40,402 nucleotides of DNA from Octopus bimaculoides (Eukaryota), in assembly GCF_001194135.2 (NCBI RefSeq), contig NC_068982.1, positions 53,571,122 to 53,611,523 of the forward strand, read 5' to 3'. Positions 1-11,414 of the stretch are shown here, piece after piece; the first letter of the stretch is position 1; each line of letters opens with the position of its first letter. The notes below the pieces were generated by a model, which had not been told where the DNA came from, searched no databases, and was given only the letters and a program-made list of their open reading frames with translations. Made by a program: the position numbers and the translations under genes.

Positions 1-56
<56 letters not shown>

Positions 57-265
57 TATATATGTATATACTATATATATATGGATGTACATATGAATGT
101 ATACACCCACGCAGGCATGGATATGCGTGTGCTCATTTGTGTTTGTACTTATGCATATATATATATATATGCGTCATACTAATATATATATATGCGTCAT
201 ACTAATATATACTTTTGTTATTTACACCACCTGTCCTCGTCTGTTGTTATTTTTTGTATAATCTC

Positions 266-311
<46 letters not shown>

Positions 312-756
312 GTAACATTCAAACATACTTTACAGAGATAAATAAAACACACACAAAAATAATCACGAACACGCACACACACACACACACACACGCGCAC
401 ACAGAGTCTAGTACAAACATATGCATACATACACCTATGCACTAAAATAATCAGCTATAAGCTTCAACAGGAAATACCAACACTGTACAAAGCATTAGGC
501 CATTTCTTTATTTTTCCTGTTTTTCTTCTTTGCCTTTTTTTTTTTTACAATTCGGGTTTGCTTTCATTCTTACAGATTTCCCGTTCTTTTCTTTGTCAAG
601 AAATTATTAACCTCAAAAGCTTGGAAATGATGTAATTAATTTAGTTTAGTGCCGCTCACAAACGACGATTGCTTGTATTTCACAGATAACAAGTGAACTT
701 CAAAAGTCGAGGCTTCTACAGAGACCTACGAATATAGTATACACACATACATACAT

Positions 757-802
<46 letters not shown>

Positions 803-1110
803 TGAAGGCACGCGGCTTAATGGTTAACGATCGGTCGTGAGTTCGATTCCTAGAGGCTCGTTGTGTCCTTGAGCAAGACACTTTATTTTAGGTTACTCCC
901 GTATACTCGGTTGGCGAAAATGCGTTGTAACTGTAATTCAAAGAGCCGAGCCTTGACAAATTGTGTGTTACGCTGAATATCTCAGAGAACTACGTTAAGG
1001 GTACACGTGTCTGTGGAATGCTCGGCCACTTGCACCTTAATTTCACGAACAGATTATTCAGTTGATCGGATCAACTGAAATACTCGTCGTTGTAACAGAC
1101 GTCGTGCCAC
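803..1110 (+). mobile_element. tRNA-headed SINE, family A, older subfamily
   Basis: Degenerate A/B boxes (ggcttaatggttaa; gagttcgattcc), CORE-like tgtgtccttgagcaagacactt, then the same 3' half as the young copies (ctacgttaagggtacacgtgtctgtgg...gttgatcggatcaact). Confidence 0.8.
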
Positions 1111-1128
1111 TTAGTTATGTGTGTGTGA

Positions 1129-1200
<72 letters not shown>

Positions 1201-1204
<4 letters not shown>

Positions 1205-1451
1205 ACATATACTCGTATATATGTGTGCTTGTATATATATATGCATATGCACACATTCACACACACATAACGATATACATGTATATATATCTATCGAACC
1301 TTTTAACTATACATGTAAATAAAATGATAAGCGAAAAAATAACGAGGAAAGCTTCTAACAATGCCGAGAGTGAAGTTCAAAACTCTATATATTTCGGGCG
1401 CAAACGCCCATCTTCTGAAGGATATAGTTAAAGATATGTTTATCTACGCTG
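1201..1451 (-). repeat. 250-bp repeat, copy 1, carrying a degenerate minimal hammerhead motif (Penelope-like terminal fragment)
   Basis: Aligns end to end with 3682-3932 (roughly 85% by eye); both copies abut a (TA)n tract; hammerhead-like core at 1383-1420 on the minus strand. Confidence 0.7.
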
Positions 1452-1539
1452 ATACTGCTATTTGGATAGCCGAATAGGTTGTGACTCCGTTTAGTCCAAT
1501 GCCATACTGGGGCATACTGTGGCAGCCTTCTAAATGATG

Positions 1540-1585
<46 letters not shown>

Positions 1586-1594
1586 ATATATATT

Positions 1595-1882
1595 TGTGTG
1601 AAGATGTACATGCCAAACAGTCCCAAATATCCACAGAGTAGCTACTCTATTCGTCTAGCACTCTCAAAATATGCTTGTTTAAATAACGGTCCACGCTTCT
1701 ATTTAGAGACCAGTTACTGATGTGTCGACGCCCACAAGCGAACAAGTAGGATCACCCGAGACATATAAATAGAGGTAATCTAGCCGTGGTAGAGGAGTTG
1801 AGTGACTTTTGAGTAGCAGTCGTGTAGCGGTTGAGTAGAGATCATCCGAAGGTGCTAGATAGCAGTAGCTTGAGACATAACA
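1595..1882 (+). mobile_element. possible solo LTR
   Basis: Starts TG, ends gacataaCA, internal TATAAATAG followed by a purine-rich tract, CpG-richer than flanks. No matching TSD found. Confidence 0.3.
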
Positions 1883-2169
1883 GTTTTTAAACCTATTATT
1901 GTTATTTGGCACAAGAGCAGCGCTATCATCAAATCCTTAAAGCGTGATCATCCTGGATCGTTAGGCAGTTTGTCTCAGACTAGATTATTCAATATATCCT
2001 TCCTGCTTTTACAGAGAGTAAAATATAATTTTGGATAGATTTGGTAACTAGTTCTTGTAGATCGAGTCACTAAATAAAGGCTCCCTCATTGGCTTGTTTG
2101 GATGTTGATTATAAAGCTTTGTAAGTTGGTTTATTAATAGGCTGGTGGCATGATTAATAACAATCATAC

Positions 2170-2777
2170 GTTTCTTAGATTTGCTGCATGAAAAGTGCAT
2201 ACATGTTCGCAACATGAAGCTTGACCCACAGCTCATTCTGTTCGGGTTGAGAAAAAAACACATATACTGATGGCATCTTTGACTTGCTAATATTATTAGT
2301 AAAAAATGTTTATATATATATAAACACAAAGTGTCAGAAACCACTCTCAGCTTCAAACATTCTAGATACTTTGTGCTCGACAGATACCTAATTGAAGAAA
2401 AACAGATCATACAATGAAAGCAAGCAAGAGGAATTTTATAAAAAGTGGAGGCTTTACCATGAGTCTGTAAATGCCTGGTAGTCCTCTAGTGTTACTTCTT
2501 GTAGAACTGCATTGAGATTTTATGATTGATTGATGAGTGAATGTGTAGCAGTGTGTAGTCTATTTTATTCTATTCTATTTATTTATTTATCTATTTATTA
2601 ATATTATTTATTATTTATTTATTGTTGCTTTCTCTTTTTCTTTCTTTCTTTAAAAAAAAAGAAGGTCCTGTTCTTCATTTGTTTTATACTAGACTTCACG
2701 ATCTCCTGGCCGTGCTGTCTTAAATTATAACAGGGGAAAACTGGAAATAAAAAAAAGTTAATTAAAAAAAAAAATAA
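2170..2777 (+). mobile_element. L1/Tx1-clade LINE, degenerate 3' end (ORF2 C-terminus, 3' UTR, A-rich tail)
   Basis: Frameshifted translation FLDLLHEKCIHVRNMKLDPQLILFGLR / TDGIFDLLILLVK / RYLIEEK / ESKQEEFYKKWRLYHESVNAW* matches the typical L1/Tx1 ORF2 end (ILFG...LIILL.K.YIY...RY.IEK...F.KKW); A-rich tail at about 2745-2777. Confidence 0.7.
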
Positions 2778-2832
2778 CATACATCGCCTGCAGACACCTC
2801 ATATATTTATCCGTTGTTTATAAGTATCAGAA

Positions 2833-3217
2833 GTGGAGGCGCAATGGCCCAGTGGTTAGGGCAGCGGACTCGCGGTCATAGGATCGCGGTTTCGATTCCC
2901 AGACCGGACGTTGTGAGTGTTTATTGAGCGAAAACACCTAAAGCTCCACGAGGCTCCGGCAGGGGATGGTGGCGAACCCTGCTGTACTCTTTCACCACAA
3001 CTTTCTCTCACTCTTACTTCCTGTTTCTGTTGTGCCTATAATTCAAAGGGTCAGCCTTGTCACACTGTGTCACGCTGAATATCCCCGAGAACTACGTTAA
3101 GGGTACACGTGTCTGTGGAGTGCTCAGCCAATTGCACGTTAATTTCACTAGCAGGCTGTTCCGTTGATCGGATCAACTAGAACCCTCGACGTCGTAAGCG
3201 ACGAAGTGCCAACAACA
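2833..3217 (+). mobile_element. tRNA-headed SINE, family A, young full-length copy
   Basis: A box tggcccagtggttagg, B box ggtttcgattccc, (aac)n tail, 9-bp TSD agtatcaga (2823-2831 and 3219-3227); near-identical to copies at 8950, 19180 and 28983. Confidence 0.92.
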
Positions 3218-3336
3218 TAGTATCAGATATTTTAAAATCAGCCACCTTTCGTGCTTTTATGAAATTTCCAATGTAAATACAGTTACAAACAAATTACACT
3301 TCTTATTTGTTATTGATTGTTTTATATTTTCTAGAT

Positions 3337-3943
3337 CAGTGGTTCTCACCCGGAGTCCATATGACTCCTGAAGGTCTACATAAGATTTTGGTGGGGGATC
3401 CACACAAAAAGATAGTATTTTAGAGATCCACAATAGTATTTTAAGGGTCCCTGAAATTTTTTGCTTTAAATGTATGTATTAGTATATATTCCAAGAAACT
3501 GCTATGTTTCTTTCTCTAACATTCTGCATAGTTCAACCCACACAAGTTAATGAGTGAAAAATAAAATAGGAATTTTAAAGGAAATTTCTGTAAAATTAGT
3601 TTTAAAACATCGAAAGTTTATGGGGGTCCACCAGAATAAAATAGTACTCAAATGGGTCCATATAAATATATATATATATATAGTCACACACACACGCATA
3701 TATGTGTACTTGTATATATATATGCATATACACACATTCACACACACATTACGGTATACATGCATATATATTTATCGAACCTTTTAACTATAGAAGTAAA
3801 TAAAATAATAAGCGAAAAAATAACGAGGAAAAATTCTAACAATGCCGGGAGGGAAGTTCAAAAACTTTATATATTTCGGGTGCAAAGGCCCATCTTCCGA
3901 AGGATACAGTTAAAGAAATGTGTATCTACGTTGAGAAACCCTA
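3337..3943 (+). mobile_element. hAT (Charlie-like) MITE, interrupted near its right end by (TA)n and the 250-bp repeat
   Basis: Left TIR cagtggttctca, right TIR gttgagaaacccta; body is the reverse complement of the MITE at 11775-12128. Confidence 0.75.
3682..3932 (-). repeat. 250-bp repeat, copy 2, carrying a degenerate minimal hammerhead motif
   Basis: Homologous to 1201-1451; hammerhead-like core at 3865-3902 on the minus strand. Confidence 0.7.
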
Positions 3944-3951
3944 GTCTAATT

Positions 3952-4208
3952 CAGTGTTTCTCAACCATCTTTCATTTATGGAACCCTTTGATTCCTATTT
4001 TACTTGAATGGACGTTTCTACTTATTCGAAGTTTTAAAAAATCCATTATATTTTCATAATTAAATATTATTAGGAATTATATATAAAAAAACTGTTAAAA
4101 TATTTTGTGTATTGTAGAAGTATAACCAATTTTTTGGAGATAAATTTTAATAACGAAATCCGATATTGATCCCCAATCGCCATATGGACCCCAGATTGAG
4201 AAGCACAA
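3952..4208. mobile_element. second hAT-type MITE
   Basis: Left TIR cagtgtttctcaacc, degenerate right TIR attgagaagcacaa, subterminal catatggacccc motif shared with the other MITEs; flanks gtctaatt/gtcaagat match 5 of 8. Confidence 0.65.
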
Positions 4209-4299
4209 GTCAAGATTCTCTTTTACTGAAAAAAACAATATATATAAAGAAAGAAGAATGGGGGGAAAAGAAGAGAAAGAAAGCCGGAAGTGAGCTGAC

Positions 4300-4859
4300 T
4301 TTGATTTGAGTAATGTTAAACACTTTTCCCGCCGAAACAAATAGATGCGGATATTTACATCTTTCAAAACATCTGTCTACTACTATGATGTAACTATAAC
4401 GCAATTTTACTGCTAAAACAACTACTAGCTATAATAGGGTGCTCGACAAAATCCTGCAAGGTTCTAATGAAAAAATAAGCGATTTTAAAGTAATTTGGAG
4501 TAAGTATAAAATGAAAGTCAGAGTAGACATCAAGGGATAGTAGGAGTTGATGAACAAAATAGTTCTAAAAAGTTCTGATAATTCTAAACCACTATAAAGA
4601 GTGAATCTGATGTGTTCATTGTAGCACTTATAATAAACGGCAGTTTAGGATAAGACTTTACAAAATTAGAATCTCTTCTGAGCTGAAATATTTTCTTATC
4701 AAAGTTTGTCAGTCTGGGTTTTTTAAAATTTCTTAGTCACCATGGAAGGGTGGAAATTTGGCGTTTATCCAATTTGTAGTGGCATCATATAATTTTATCT
4801 TATTGTTACCATATTTCTGATGGAAGATTCTGTTTGTTTCAATTAATCTGATAATAAAG

Positions 4860-4860
<1 letters not shown>
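4300..4860 (-). pseudogene. decayed coding-like segment X, copy 1 (family unidentified)
   Basis: Homologous to 7520-7930; shared minus-strand peptides KYGN.KI..DATTNWINAKFPPFHGD, LTNFDKKIFQLR.DSN, NTSDSL, VHQLLL; several stops and frameshifts. Confidence 0.5.
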
Positions 4861-4921
<61 letters not shown>

Positions 4922-4922
<1 letters not shown>

Positions 4923-5769
4923 GAAACTGAAAATAGGTGGATAAAGAAAAATGCATGGACAATTTCATAGAGATGTTGAAGATAACTCAGATAGAGAAAA
5001 AAGATGGCTATGGATGACTAAAAGTGATTTAATACCGGAAACGGAGGCTCTAATCTGTGCTGCCCGAGAGCAAGCATTAAGAACCAATTACATAAAATAC
5101 AGGATAGACAACAAATCAGAAAGTTATAAGTGCAGAATTTGTGGACAAAATGGTGAAACCGTATGGCATATTACCAGTCAATGTACGCCACCAGCCCAGA
5201 ATGAATATAAGAGACGTCACGACAATATAACAAGGATTGTCCATTGGACACTTTGCAACAAGTATGGAATTGACAGGCAAAAAAGTGGTATGAACAACAC
5301 ATCATCGAAAATGATAATGCAAAGATCCTATGGGATTTTATGATTCAGTGTGACCATGCGATAAAAAATAGGAAACCAGACATAGTGTTAATTGAGAAAG
5401 GAAGCAAACGATGCTGGATCATAGATATAGCATGCCAAGCTGACAACAAGGTCTGCAATAAAGAAAAAAGAAAAGTCGACAGATAGGACAGGTTAGCTCG
5501 GGAGGTTAAGCAGTTGTGGTCGCTGAAAAAGGTGGTAGTAGTACCAATAATTGTCGGAGCCCTGGGAACAGTGAGTAAACATCTTGAGAAGTACATAGAA
5601 CAAATAGGGGCTGCAATAAGGGTAGAGCACTTGCACAAAACAGCACTGCTTGGAACCACTAGAATACTCCAGATGTTGCTCGAAAAATAAGGGGTGTCAC
5701 CTCAGTTCACTGGTAGTGAACAGCTGGCACCGTAGTACATCTCCAGCGTTAGAAGCTGTCCAATGACAA

Positions 5770-5773
<4 letters not shown>
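4922..5773 (+). mobile_element. R4/Dong-clade LINE, 5'-truncated 3' fragment (CCHC knuckle and restriction-like endonuclease)
   Basis: MHGQFHR...CRICGQNGETVWHITSQC (CCHC)...RHDNI...ILWDFMIQCDHAIKNRKPDIVLIEK...IIDIA...VVPIIVGALG...KTALLGTTRIL; stop at 5688-5690; one frameshift near 5281 and one internal TAG; (TAA)n on both sides. Confidence 0.9.
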
Positions 5774-5838
<65 letters not shown>

Positions 5839-5839
<1 letters not shown>

Positions 5840-6372
5840 GGTACTGGCTCTTATAGCTGTTGATTTTAACTGATTGGAAGTGTTATCATGTACATTGTTT
5901 TGTCTTGGTATAGAAGATGGACTATAGCGAATATTCTGCTCAATACCACAGATTTGCTTGTCAGTTGCTTAACTTTAATTAGTTGAGTATATCCCTTAGT
6001 GGCTGACGATATGTGCATCTCTGATCACGAGCAGAAGTAGTGGTGGAGCATCATCGCTATGTGTTGGGAGGAATTGAGGTTTGAATAACTCACCTCTGGA
6101 AACATGGTTGTTTTGTTCAATATCCTTAAACAAACCTTATTCAGGGACCTTTTGAGCGGGAGGGGCTACTCAACCCGAAAAAAATTCTAACTGGGCCCCG
6201 CCTGCAAGGTATTGCGCTGTTTAACTTGATATACGATCACCATGTCGCGCGTATATGGTTGTGATGTATGTACCTGGTGTACCCTTATCAGACCGGAAGT
6301 CATGATGAGTATATTGGGCTTCGTATATTTTACTCCAGTGTCACTTTGATGGCATGGTCTGTCCTATCACTC
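5839..6372. mobile_element. unclassified interspersed repeat flanked by (TAA)n (family F)
   Basis: Bounded by (TAA)n arrays; its segment gatttgcttgtcagttgctt...cccttagtgg recurs at about 8031-8170. No ORF similarity recognised. Confidence 0.6.
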
Positions 6373-6403
6373 AATAATCATAATAAAAATAATAATAATA
6401 ATG

Positions 6404-6468
<65 letters not shown>

Positions 6469-6759
6469 CCTTTCTGCTAAAGGCACAAAGCCTGAAATTT
6501 GGTGGAGAGGGGACTAGACAATTACATCAGCCCCAGTGTTTAACTGGTACTTAATTTATCGACCCGAGATTTAAGGACAATGCCATCAAGTATGAGAGAA
6601 GGGGACTAGACGATATCTATTTTATCGCCCCTAGTTCTGTGGATGTAAAATCGTTCTGTGTTAGGAGTTTCATATTCCAAAATATTCCTAGAAAACAATA
6701 TTGGAGATTTTAAAAGTTATCATTAATGTTTACGTGAGTGCGCGCGCGCGTGCATGCAT

Positions 6760-7015
6760 GTGTGTGCGCGCCAAAGGGTTGAAACTATAAGGAAAAGTGA
6801 ATATCGAAGAATTGCATGTGGTGGGACCAGATGAAGTAGAAAGAAAAGTAAGGCTATCGAGAGAATGAGAAACAGAGGAATCTGAGTAAGTGGAGCGTGT
6901 ATCGAACGGCAGCTTGCTAGTTTAAAAGAGCAAAGACCGTTATAACAACGGTATAAGAAACAAAGTGAAGATATAACGTTTTTGTGTGCCTGAAACAGCT
7001 GTAAATGTTCTTGAA
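6760..7015 (-). mobile_element. CR1/L2-group LINE ORF2 C-terminal remnant, copy 1
   Basis: LQLFQAHKNVISSLCFLYRCYNGLCSFKLAS resembles the LQ.L.HRR..SSL.LFYRYY.G.CS.EL motif at the end of CR1-group ORF2; second copy at 8822-9400. Confidence 0.55.
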
Positions 7016-7320
7016 CTACAATTAAACTATGATCGTTTAATACCAATGATCAATTGGTATTAATTGTTGCTCCGTTTCTTTTCTTATCTATCTATCTATC
7101 TATACATACATATATATATATATGCCTATGTATGCATCTTGTATCTCCACCGCTACATCGCTTGATAACTTGTGTTGGTTTACGTCCCCATAACTTAGCA
7201 GTTTGGTAAATGTTAACCTGTAGATTAAGCACCAGAATTTATAAATAAGTACTGGAGTCAATTTGTTTTTATGAAACACTTCAAGGTTCCAAAGATTGAA
7301 TCTAATAACAAATAGAAGAT

Positions 7321-7502
7321 ATTCGTTTCTAATCTAGGCCCAAGGCCCGAAATTTGGGGGTGGGGAGGGGGTACTTAATTTACTGAACCCGAAAGGATGA
7401 AAGGCAAAGTCGACCTTGGCGGAATTTGAACTCAGAACATAAAGACAGACGAAATGCCTAGTATTTCGCCCGGTGTGCTAACGTTTCTGCCAGCTCGCCG
7501 CC
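7321..7502 (-). mobile_element. tRNA-headed SINE, family B
   Basis: Minus strand ggcggcgagctggcagaaacgttagc (A box)...gttctgagttcaaattccgcc (B box)...gtcgactttgcctttcatcctttcggg. Other copies or fragments at about 6469-6570, 7933-8030, 8297-8400, 9603-9811, 17748-17950, 17961-18182, 28003-28177, 34590-34815 (all minus) and 20665-20822 (plus). Confidence 0.88.
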
Positions 7503-7519
7503 TTAATAATAATAATAAT

Positions 7520-7930
7520 AAAAGATATTAAGGTAATTTCATGCATTTAAGTACGAGATGTGAGTCGGGGTAGCTGTCTCGGGGAGCAGCAGTTGATGGA
7601 CTGTGTACTTTAATAGAGTACAATATACATTTAGAAAGTGTGGGTGAACCACTTTAATGAGTGAATCTGATGTGTTAACGGTAGCGTTTAAAATAAACAG
7701 CAGTCTGGGATAAAACTTTTTACCAAATTAGAATCTCCTCGGAGCTGAAATATTTTCTTATCAAAGTTTGTCAGATTTACGATACAATTTGGGTATATAA
7801 AAAGTTCTTAGTCACCATGGAACGGTGGAAATTTGGCGTTTATCCAGTTTGTAGTGGCATCTCATAGTTTATCTTAATGTTACCATATTTCTGTTGGGAT
7901 AGTCTGTCTGTGTTAATAAATTTTATAATA
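7520..7930 (-). pseudogene. decayed coding-like segment X, copy 2
   Basis: Homologous to 4480-4860; reads DATTNWINAKFPPFHGD*ELFIYPNCIVNLTNFDKKIFQLRGDSNLV, then after a 1-nt shift YPRLLFILNATVNTSDSLIKVVHPHFLNVYCTLLKYTVHQLLLPETATPTHISYL. Confidence 0.5.
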
Positions 7931-8821
7931 CTAAGAACTTTCTACTATTGGCACAAGTCCCGAAATTTTTGGAGAAAGGTTTAGATAAGATTACAATGAC
8001 CCCAGTGCTCAACTGCTACTTATTTTATAAGATTTGCTTGTCAGTTGCTTGACCTTAACCAGCTGAACATATATCCCTTAGTGGTTCACAATATGTGCAC
8101 CTCTGCTCGCGAGCAGGAGTAGCTGGAGAGCGTTATAACCATGTGTTGAGAAGGTTTCTTTAGGGTTTGAATGAAGCAAAGTTTGAAGGAAATATTAGCC
8201 ATATTTCATATTTTCTACGGGTAAGCAAACAAGAGATAACATTTGCTATCCAAGGAGAAAAATTGTGTTAAACAGTGTACTTCGTATATATATATAATCC
8301 TTCCTACTATGGGTACAAGGTCCGAAATGTTGATGGGGGAGGGAAGTAGTCAATTACATCGACCTTAGTGCTCAACTGCTACTTATTTCATCGACTCCAA
8401 CCAATTTGCAGAGTACAATAGCCAAATACAATAGAAATGAACTTTAGAATTTATTCCCATGCAGTCTGTTGGTTGGAGACCTCTGCTCTAAAGAAAAGCT
8501 AGNNNNNNNNNNNNNNNNNNNNNNNNNNNNNNNNNNNNNNNNNNNNNNNNNNNNNNNNNNNNNNNNNNNNNNNNNNNNNNNNNNNNNNNNNNNNNNNNNN
8601 NNNNNNNNNNNNNNNNNNNNNNNNNNNNNNNNNNNNNNNNNNNNNNNNNNNNNNNNNNNNNNNNNNNNNNNNNNNNNNNNNNNNNNNNNNNNNNNNNNNN
8701 NNNNNNNNNNNNNNNNNNNNNNNNNNNNNNNNNNNNNNNNNNNNNNNNNNNNNNNNNNNNNNNNNNNNNNNNNNNNNNNNNNNNNNNNNNNNNNNNNNNN
8801 NNNNNNNNNNNNNNNNNNNNN

Positions 8822-9400
8822 AAAGAAAAGTAAGGTTGTCGAGAGAATGAGAAGCAGAGGAATCTGAGTAAGTGGAGCGTGTATCGTACGGCAGCTTGCT
8901 AGTTTAAAAGAGCAAAGACCGTTATATCGGCGGTATAAGAAACAGAGTGTGGAGGCGCAATGGCCTAGTGGTTAGGGCAGCGGGCTCGCGGTCGTATGAT
9001 CGCGGTTTCGATTCCCAGACCGGGCGTTGTGAGTGTTTATTGAGCGAAAACACCTAAAGCTCCACGAGGCTCCGGCAGGGGATGGTGGCGAACTCTGCTG
9101 TACTCTTTCACCACAACTTTCTCGCACTCTTACTTCCTGTTTCTGTTGTGCCTGTAGTTCAAAGGGTCAGCCTTGTCACACTGTGTCACGCTGGATATTC
9201 CCGAGAAGTACGTTAAGGGTACACGTGTCTGTGGAGTGGTCAGCCACTTGCACGTTAATTTCACGAGCAGGCTGTTCCGTTGGTCGGATCAACTGGAACC
9301 CTCGACGTCGTAAGCGACGGAGTGACAGAAACAAGAACCAGAGTGAAGATATAGTGTGTTTGTGTGCCAGGAATTGTAACGTGTTTGGGAATGTGTCTTA
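8822..9400 (-). mobile_element. CR1/L2-group LINE remnant, copy 2, interrupted by a family A SINE
   Basis: 8822-8949 plus 9346-9400 align colinearly with 6841-7010 once the SINE and one TSD copy are removed. Confidence 0.6.
8950..9332 (+). mobile_element. SINE family A, young full-length copy
   Basis: Near-identical to 2833-3217; 13-bp TSD aagaaacagagtg (8937-8949) and aagaaccagagtg (9333-9345). Confidence 0.92.
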
Positions 9401-9929
9401 CTTTACCAATCAGCTCATGATGCTGATGATGATAACGACGACGACGACACTGATGATGAGGGTGGTAATAATGATGGTTACGACGACGACGATGACGAGA
9501 TAAAAATGCTAGGAAGAGATGGTGAGCATGGAAAGCAAGCGTAGGAAGAACAAGAGAAGGAAAACACGGAAAGAAATCGTTGGAATCCCGTTACAGTATC
9601 ACTTTCAAATTTTAGCACAAGGCCAGCAATTTCAGCGGAAGACCAAGTTGATTATATCGACCCCAGTGCTCAGTTGGTACTTATGTTATCGACCCCGAAA
9701 AGATGAAAAGCAAAATCGATTTCAGTGGAATTTGAACTCAGAACGTAAAGACGAATGAAATACCACTAAGCATATTGCCCGGCTTGCTAACGATTCTGCC
9801 AGCTCGGCACCTTTACTAGCCTTTTATATCATTAATAGCTGGTTTGTACGAGTGGAGACTACGAGTGGGCAGTGTTGTTTTTGAAGAAGATAATGATGAT
9901 TTAGTAGAGAGGAAACCGCAAACCTTAAA

Positions 9930-9960
<31 letters not shown>

Positions 9961-10167
9961 ATGTTAGTATTAGTGTTAATAGTAGTAGTAGTAGTAGTAG
10001 TATTAAGAGGAGTAGTAGTATTAAGAGTAGTAGTAGTAGTAGTAGTAGTATAGTGATGGTGGTAGTAGTTGTAATGTTAGGGTAGTAGTAGTAGTAGTGA
10101 TGGTGGTAGCAGTGGTGGTAGTAGTAGTATTATAGTGATGGTAGTAGTAGCTGTAATGTTGGGATAC

Positions 10168-10205
<38 letters not shown>

Positions 10206-10279
10206 ATGGTGGTGGTGCTGGCAGTAGTAGTCTTAGTAGTAGTAGTAGTGATGGTGGTAGTGGTGGTGGTAGTAGTAGT
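9930..10279. repeat. (TAG/TGG)n trinucleotide microsatellite running into a gap
   Basis: Direct reading of the sequence. Confidence 0.95.
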
Positions 10280-11367
10280 NNNNNNNNNNNNNNNNNNNNN
10301 NNNNNNNNNNNNNNNNNNNNNNNNNNNNNNNNNNNNNNNNNNNNNNNNNNNNNNNNNNNNNNNNNNNNNNNNNNNNNNNNNNNNNNNNNNNNNNNNNNNN
10401 NNNNNNNNNNNNNNNNNNNNNNNNNNNNNNNNNNNNNNNNNNNNNNNNNNNNNNNNNNNNNNNNNNNNNNNNNNNNNNNNNNNNNNNNNNNNNNNNNNNN
10501 NNNNNNNNNNNNNNNNNNNNNNNNNNNNNNNNNNNNNNNNNNNNNNNNNNNNNNNNNNNNNNNNNNNNNNNNNNNNNNNNNNNNNNNNNNNNNNNNNNNN
10601 NNNNNNNNNNNNNNNNNNNNNNNNNNNNNNNNNNNNNNNNNNNNNNNNNNNNNNNNNNNNNNNNNNNNNNNNNNNNNNNNNNNNNNNNNNNNNNNNNNNN
10701 NNNNNNNNNNNNNNNNNNNNNNNNNNNNNNNNNNNNNNNNNNNNNNNNNNNNNNNNNNNNNNNNNNNNNNNNNNNNNNNNNNNNNNNNNNNNNNNNNNNN
10801 NNNNNNNNNNNNNNNNNNNNNNNNNNNNNNNNNNNNNNNNNNNNNNNNNNNNNNNNNNNNNNNNNNNNNNNNNNNNNNNNNNNNNNNNNNNNNNNNNNNN
10901 NNNNNNNNNNNNNNNNNNNNNNNNNNNNNNNNNNNNNNNNNNNNNNNNNNNNNNNNNNNNNNNNNNNNNNNNNNNNNNNNNNNNNNNNNNNNNNNNNNNN
11001 NNNNNNNNNNNNNNNNNNNNNNNNNNNNNNNNNNNNNNNNNNNNNNNNNNNNNNNNNNNNNNNNNNNNNNNNNNNNNNNNNNNNNNNNNNNNNNNNNNNN
11101 NNNNNNNNNNNNNNNNNNNNNNNNNNNNNNNNNNNNNNNNNNNNNNNNNNNNNNNNNNNNNNNNNNNNNNNNNNNNNNNNNNNNNNNNNNNNNNNNNNNN
11201 NNNNNNNNNNNNNNNNNNNNNNNNNNNNNNNNATATATACATGTGTGCTTTGCGTGCATGTGAGTATGTATTAAATATGTGAGTTCGCGTGTGGTGTGTG
11301 TGCGTGTATGTGTGTGCATGTGTGTGAGTGTGTATAATATGTGTGTGTGCGTGTGTGTGCGTGCGCA

Positions 11368-11414
<47 letters not shown>

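Noticed and set aside
2833-2910. tRNA gene-like sequence (also at 8950, 28983, 7502, 35964)
   Set aside because: A and B boxes are present but there is no proper acceptor or anticodon stem; each continues into a SINE body, often with a TSD.
6268-6480. Poly-Asn ORF
   Set aside because: It is a translation of the (TAA)n array.
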